IMG/VR virus record: IMGVR_UViG_3300033076_000666
Span: 1-29,395 of that record
Strand: one strand, 5' to 3'
From: a virus
Taxonomy: Duplodnaviria; Caudoviricetes
DNA: 29,395 nt
In this document: positions 26,497-29,395 of the stretch, in pieces
Position numbering within the stretch: position 1 is the stretch's first letter
How the letters are laid out: each line of letters starts with the position of its first letter
Notes under the pieces: generated by a model
Database searches by the model: none
What the model was told of the DNA's origin: nothing
What the model saw: only the letters and a program-made list of their open reading frames with translations
Program-made: the position numbers and the translations under genes

Positions 26497-26813
26497 TTCC
26501 CCTCCCTCCAAAGCACAGGTTCTACCCCCTGCCGCTGTACCAGCCAGAAGTCAGTGCCGGATAGCTTGCTCACCAGCATCCAAGGCATTCTCCGCGCCCT
26601 GCCCTGTTCCTGCGCCTGCCTGCGGTGCAAGTGGCTGATGATGGCCTGGTTTTTGACCTCGACCGCCCATGTCCTGCCGGTCGGATCTGTAGCAATCAGA
26701 TCCTCGCTCGCCAGTCCTGCCGCAAGTTCAGCAACCGTCCAGTCACGGTCCAGTAGCATTGCCTTTGCTGCCGCCTGACCACGCCTGCCTTTTGATCGTT
26801 GGACTTTGCTCAT
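26493..26813 (-). CDS. Holliday junction resolvase-like PD-(D/E)XK nuclease (Hjc type)
   Basis: MSKVQRSKGRRG N-terminus, DLIA...WAVEVK catalytic motif, QAQEQ helix; nin-region position. Confidence 0.8.
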   Translation of the reverse strand: MSKVQRSKGRRGQAAAKAMLLDRDWTVAELAAGLASEDLIATDPTGRTWAVEVKNQAIISHLHRRQAQEQGRARRMPWMLVSKLSGTDFWLVQRQGVEPVLWREGK

Positions 26814-27038
26814 GGTGAAGAACATGCGTTAGCGGTCATCAGTTGCTCGGCCAAGATGGCAAATGCTGCCGCCGCCACTCTTGGAACTTGTCCATTTCCA
26901 GCGGCTTTAATCGCGCCCAATTCTTCGGCCACCCCATCAACCACTCCGACAATTCCGGGTTTATCCACCCGTCTGCCGTTCCAAGTTCTGACAGGTTTTT
27001 CCCATTCCAGCGCCCGCGAATAGAGCCAGCTCATTCAT
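26810..27038 (-). pseudogene. Internally deleted C5-cytosine DNA methyltransferase of the dual-reading-frame type
   Basis: GGAG RBS then MNELALFAGAG (motif I, 27038-27006), stopping at 26961; second frame KAAGNGQVPRVA (motif X); third frame INPELSEWLMGWP (motif IX-like); catalytic PC and ENV motifs absent. Confidence 0.85.
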
Positions 27039-27236
27039 TCGTTCTCCACTTATCTTGATTCATGTCCTCGCATCCTTTAAAGCCTATTTCACATTCCGAC
27101 CATACCAACCCATTACCCAGATTGTTCCACGGCCATGTAGGCCCGTTTCACGGGCTTATAGGGCATGTTTATGATTCGGAATTTAGTGGCGCAAACTGTT
27201 CTCACTTATTTCCCTTCTTACATGCAGTTCTGCGGT

Positions 27237-27446
27237 TTACTTCACCTTAGAAGGCTCCGCCCAATACTGGCGCATTTTCCGCTCAAGCATATCTAGAGCC
27301 TCCGATACGTTACGCCCTTCCACCAGTAGCCCTCGGTCTGGAAGTAGCCAACCTGGCATTACCGCCACAAGTTTTTCCCCTTCCCATTGCATCCTTACCC
27401 GCATTGGCATCAGCACAACGAGCTCAAAAACACCGCTTCGTTTCAT
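27237..27446 (-). CDS. 69-aa hypothetical protein in a low-GC patch
   Basis: AGGAGG RBS before ATG 27446. Confidence 0.7.
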   Translation of the reverse strand: MKRSGVFELVVLMPMRVRMQWEGEKLVAVMPGWLLPDRGLLVEGRNVSEALDMLERKMRQYWAEPSKVK

Positions 27447-27485
27447 GTCGCCTCCTAACTTCTGCCTTATCTGACTCCGTCTTTC

Positions 27486-27677
27486 CTACTTCCGCATCCA
27501 CCGTAAAGGGTCCGGTTCGATCTTTACCCCGGCCTCCTCGGCCACCTTGTCCGCGTAGGCCACGCCGAACAGTTCGGCCCATAACCGAAGCACGGCCCCG
27601 GCGTCGTACCCGCGCGGGTTGATCGCATGCAGGTGGCGCAGGTAGCTGACACGGTGCGGGTGGTGACGGTCAGTCAC
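27486..27677 (-). CDS. 63-aa hypothetical protein
   Basis: GTG at 27677 overlapping the upstream stop (GTGACTGA); MTDRHHPHRVSYLRHL... Confidence 0.6.
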   Translation of the reverse strand: MTDRHHPHRVSYLRHLHAINPRGYDAGAVLRLWAELFGVAYADKVAEEAGVKIEPDPLRWMRK

Positions 27678-27840
27678 GCCGCAAGACCCCGGCGATCGTC
27701 TCCGGCACAAAGCCTGCGGCCACCAGGAACGCCGCGAACAGGTCCGCGTAGTCGCGGACATGGCCGCTGTCGTTGAACGCCGAGACGGCAACCGACGTTC
27801 CATCCGGCCTGTACAAGCGAAATTCGATTCGGTCTTTCAT
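27670..27840 (-). CDS. 56-aa hypothetical protein
   Basis: ATGA coupling to rep; MKDRIEFRLYRPDG...FAAFLVAAGFVPETI; absent from the ORF track, probably too short. Confidence 0.7.
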   Translation of the reverse strand: MKDRIEFRLYRPDGTSVAVSAFNDSGHVRDYADLFAAFLVAAGFVPETIAGVLRRD

Positions 27841-28883
27841 TGCCCTTCCTCCATCGCTTCAAGTCGTTCAACACACTGGCGCATGTCCCATCCAGCGGGG
27901 ATGTTCCAGCCTAGTTCCTTAGCTTTCGTCGCTACCCCCTCCGGCGTGCGCTTCCAGGCCGCGTCCCGGCGTTTCCTCGGCGGGGACAAGATCGACGGCA
28001 GGATCGCGTCGAGTAGCCCGGCATTGATCGCCCTCTGGTCGCCGTCCGCCTCTCTGCGTGCGACGGACTGCCCGTAGGCCAGCAACATCTGGGCATCGGT
28101 GATGCCTTGCTCTGCCCACTTGAGCAGCAGCGGGTCGGACGGCTGAATTCGCGCCTGCTTGTTGCGCTTGCGCTCTTCGCCGATCACGAGCACGGCTAGC
28201 TGCGTTGCGCGCCTGGCGATCGCCGCACGCCTGTCGGCGTCATGTTCGCTGTCGGTCGGGGTTGGGGGTTGAACCTTTTCTGAAAGAAAAGCGGCGGCGG
28301 CGGGCATGGTTGCGGCCGGCTTCGGTTCCGGTTGCTTCGGCGGCTCGCGCGTCGACGTCGACGTGTTTTCTTCAACCCCTACCCCTACCCCAACCCCAAC
28401 CCCTACCCCTACCCCTCGCGCTAGGCTTGCGGCAGGTCTGCCGGAGTCCTGCGGTATATCTGCCGCAGGTTTTTCCGTAACGTCTTGTAATTCCTCAAGA
28501 CTGGTCGGGCGGTCGGCCTCGTCGAACGGGCTTTTCGGGCATTTGCGCGACCAGTACCGGCGGCTGTTCTTGAACCGGGGGATGTGCCAATAGCGCCTGT
28601 GGATAACTCTGTGGATATCTTGTGGATAAGGTGTTTCTTCGACCCCGTATCCGCGTATGAGATCGGCATCAACGAGGTGTCCGAGCAGGGTTTGCAAGTC
28701 CTCGTCTTTCTTCACGTCAACGAAGTTCCGCGCCGCCCGAAACAGCCGCCGCGAGTCCTCCAGGTTGCCGTAGTCGTCGGCAACGGTCAGCAGATAGACG
28801 AACAGCAGCCGCGCATCGGTTGATGGCAGGTCCAGCCAGCGGTCGGACTCGAACAGGTCGGCACGGAGCAGACGGTCAGGCAT
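27837..28883 (-). CDS. Phage replication initiator / replisome organiser (348 aa)
   Basis: MPDRLLRA...ARLLFVYLLTVADDYG wHTH-type N-terminus, LVDADLIRGY, low-complexity repeat-containing linker; start overlaps the MTase stop. Confidence 0.85.
   Translation of the reverse strand: MPDRLLRADLFESDRWLDLPSTDARLLFVYLLTVADDYGNLEDSRRLFRAARNFVDVKKDEDLQTLLGHLVDADLIRGYGVEETPYPQDIHRVIHRRYWHIPRFKNSRRYWSRKCPKSPFDEADRPTSLEELQDVTEKPAADIPQDSGRPAASLARGVGVGVGVGVGVGVEENTSTSTREPPKQPEPKPAATMPAAAAFLSEKVQPPTPTDSEHDADRRAAIARRATQLAVLVIGEERKRNKQARIQPSDPLLLKWAEQGITDAQMLLAYGQSVARREADGDQRAINAGLLDAILPSILSPPRKRRDAAWKRTPEGVATKAKELGWNIPAGWDMRQCVERLEAMEEGQ
28375..28416. repeat. Hexamer tandem repeat (ACCCCW x7) encoding a (GV)n tract
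   Basis: ACCCCT ACCCCT ACCCCA ACCCCA ACCCCT ACCCCT ACCCCT. Confidence 0.9.
28427..28470. repeat. Four degenerate 11-bp iteron-like units
   Basis: TTGCGGCAGGT CTGCCGGAGTC CTGCGGTATAT CTGCCGCAGGT. Confidence 0.65.
28598..28629. promoter_or_regulatory. Three tandem DnaA boxes
   Basis: TGTGGATAA (28598-28606), TGTGGATAT (28610-28618), TGTGGATAA (28621-28629); two are the exact reverse complement of TTATCCACA. Confidence 0.8.
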
Positions 28884-29395
28884 CGAACACCCCCATCTGT
28901 TCCGGCTTCTTCGGGGCTTCGTGCGGCATAAGCTGGCCCTGGGCCTGGGCGCGACTGATGCGCTCGCAGGCGATGTCGAAATATTTGCGCTCACGTTCAA
29001 TGCCGGTAAACGCGAGGCCGCGTGCAGCGCATGCGACGCCAGTTGTCCCGCTGCCCATGAAAGGGTCGCACACCGTCTGCGCTTCAGGCACAAAACTCAT
29101 GCTCCACACCATCAAGTCCACGGGCTTCTGCGTCGGGTGCGCAGCGCCTTGCAGTTGCTTCTCCAAGCTCGCAGACTTCACGGACTTCTCAAACCAGCGC
29201 GCGTTCATATCTATGCTGGTCCACGCCAGTTCAAGGTCGGCCATGCTTGGCGCGTTGCCCTGCTTCAGCCAAACCAGCCAGCCCCTTGTCGGCGGCAGGG
29301 TGTAGTAGTTCCCTCCCCACACAACCAGCGCGCCGGCTCGCTCTTGCAGCAGGCCAAACAACCAGGCGGGTGGCACTTCGTCATCCCATGCCGCA
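28876..29395 (-). CDS. N6-adenine/N4-cytosine DNA methyltransferase, beta class, 5' end outside the window
   Basis: WGGNYY, HPTQKPVDLM, VCDPFMGSGTTGVA, GIERERKYFDIACERI; frame open to the window edge. Confidence 0.93.
   Translation of the reverse strand, partial: AAWDDEVPPAWLFGLLQERAGALVVWGGNYYTLPPTRGWLVWLKQGNAPSMADLELAWTSIDMNARWFEKSVKSASLEKQLQGAAHPTQKPVDLMVWSMSFVPEAQTVCDPFMGSGTTGVACAARGLAFTGIERERKYFDIACERISRAQAQGQLMPHEAPKKPEQMGVFDA

Larger units (their letters stand above)
1..29395 (-). mobile_element. Podovirus-type (P22-like head/ejection module) phage or prophage segment with lambdoid replication-nin-Q-late gene order; both ends lie outside the window
   Basis: Tightly coupled minus-strand genes (many ATGA/TGATG overlaps) in the order MTase-rep-resolvase-Q-terS-terL-portal-scaffold-MCP-adaptor-nozzle-ejection-fibre-lysis; no tape measure, sheath or tube gene; no host genes or att site seen. 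Confidence 0.95.

Noticed and set aside
26810-27034. 74-aa ORF as an ordinary standalone hypothetical gene
   Set aside because: Better explained as the out-of-frame junction product of the deleted methyltransferase
28884-29093. N-terminal extension of rep in the ORF track (similar extensions at 8707-8901, 24793-24945, 16388-16513 and 979-1128)
   Set aside because: These overlap upstream genes; downstream starts with an RBS or stop-start coupling give typical N-termini

Overview
The whole window is part of a GC-rich tailed phage or prophage genome, and almost every gene is on the minus strand. Read from right to left: an amino-DNA methyltransferase (5'-truncated); a replication initiator containing a probable origin (three DnaA boxes plus four 11-bp iteron-like units); a nin-like accessory region (low-GC patch, an internally deleted dual-frame C5-methyltransferase relic, Hjc-like resolvase, 61-bp duplication, outer-membrane beta-barrel gene); a Q-like antiterminator with a pR'/tR'-like leader; terminases; P22-like portal, scaffold and capsid genes interleaved with a head spike/fibre/glycan-binding cluster; podovirus adaptor and nozzle; four ejection-type proteins; one small antisense membrane-protein gene; a short tail fibre; and a lysis cassette (GH19 endolysin and an apparent holin-lipoprotein fusion). 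No tape measure, tail tube, integrase, host gene, tRNA, CRISPR array or reverse transcriptase is visible. All functional calls come from motif recognition and gene order by eye; no database searches were run.
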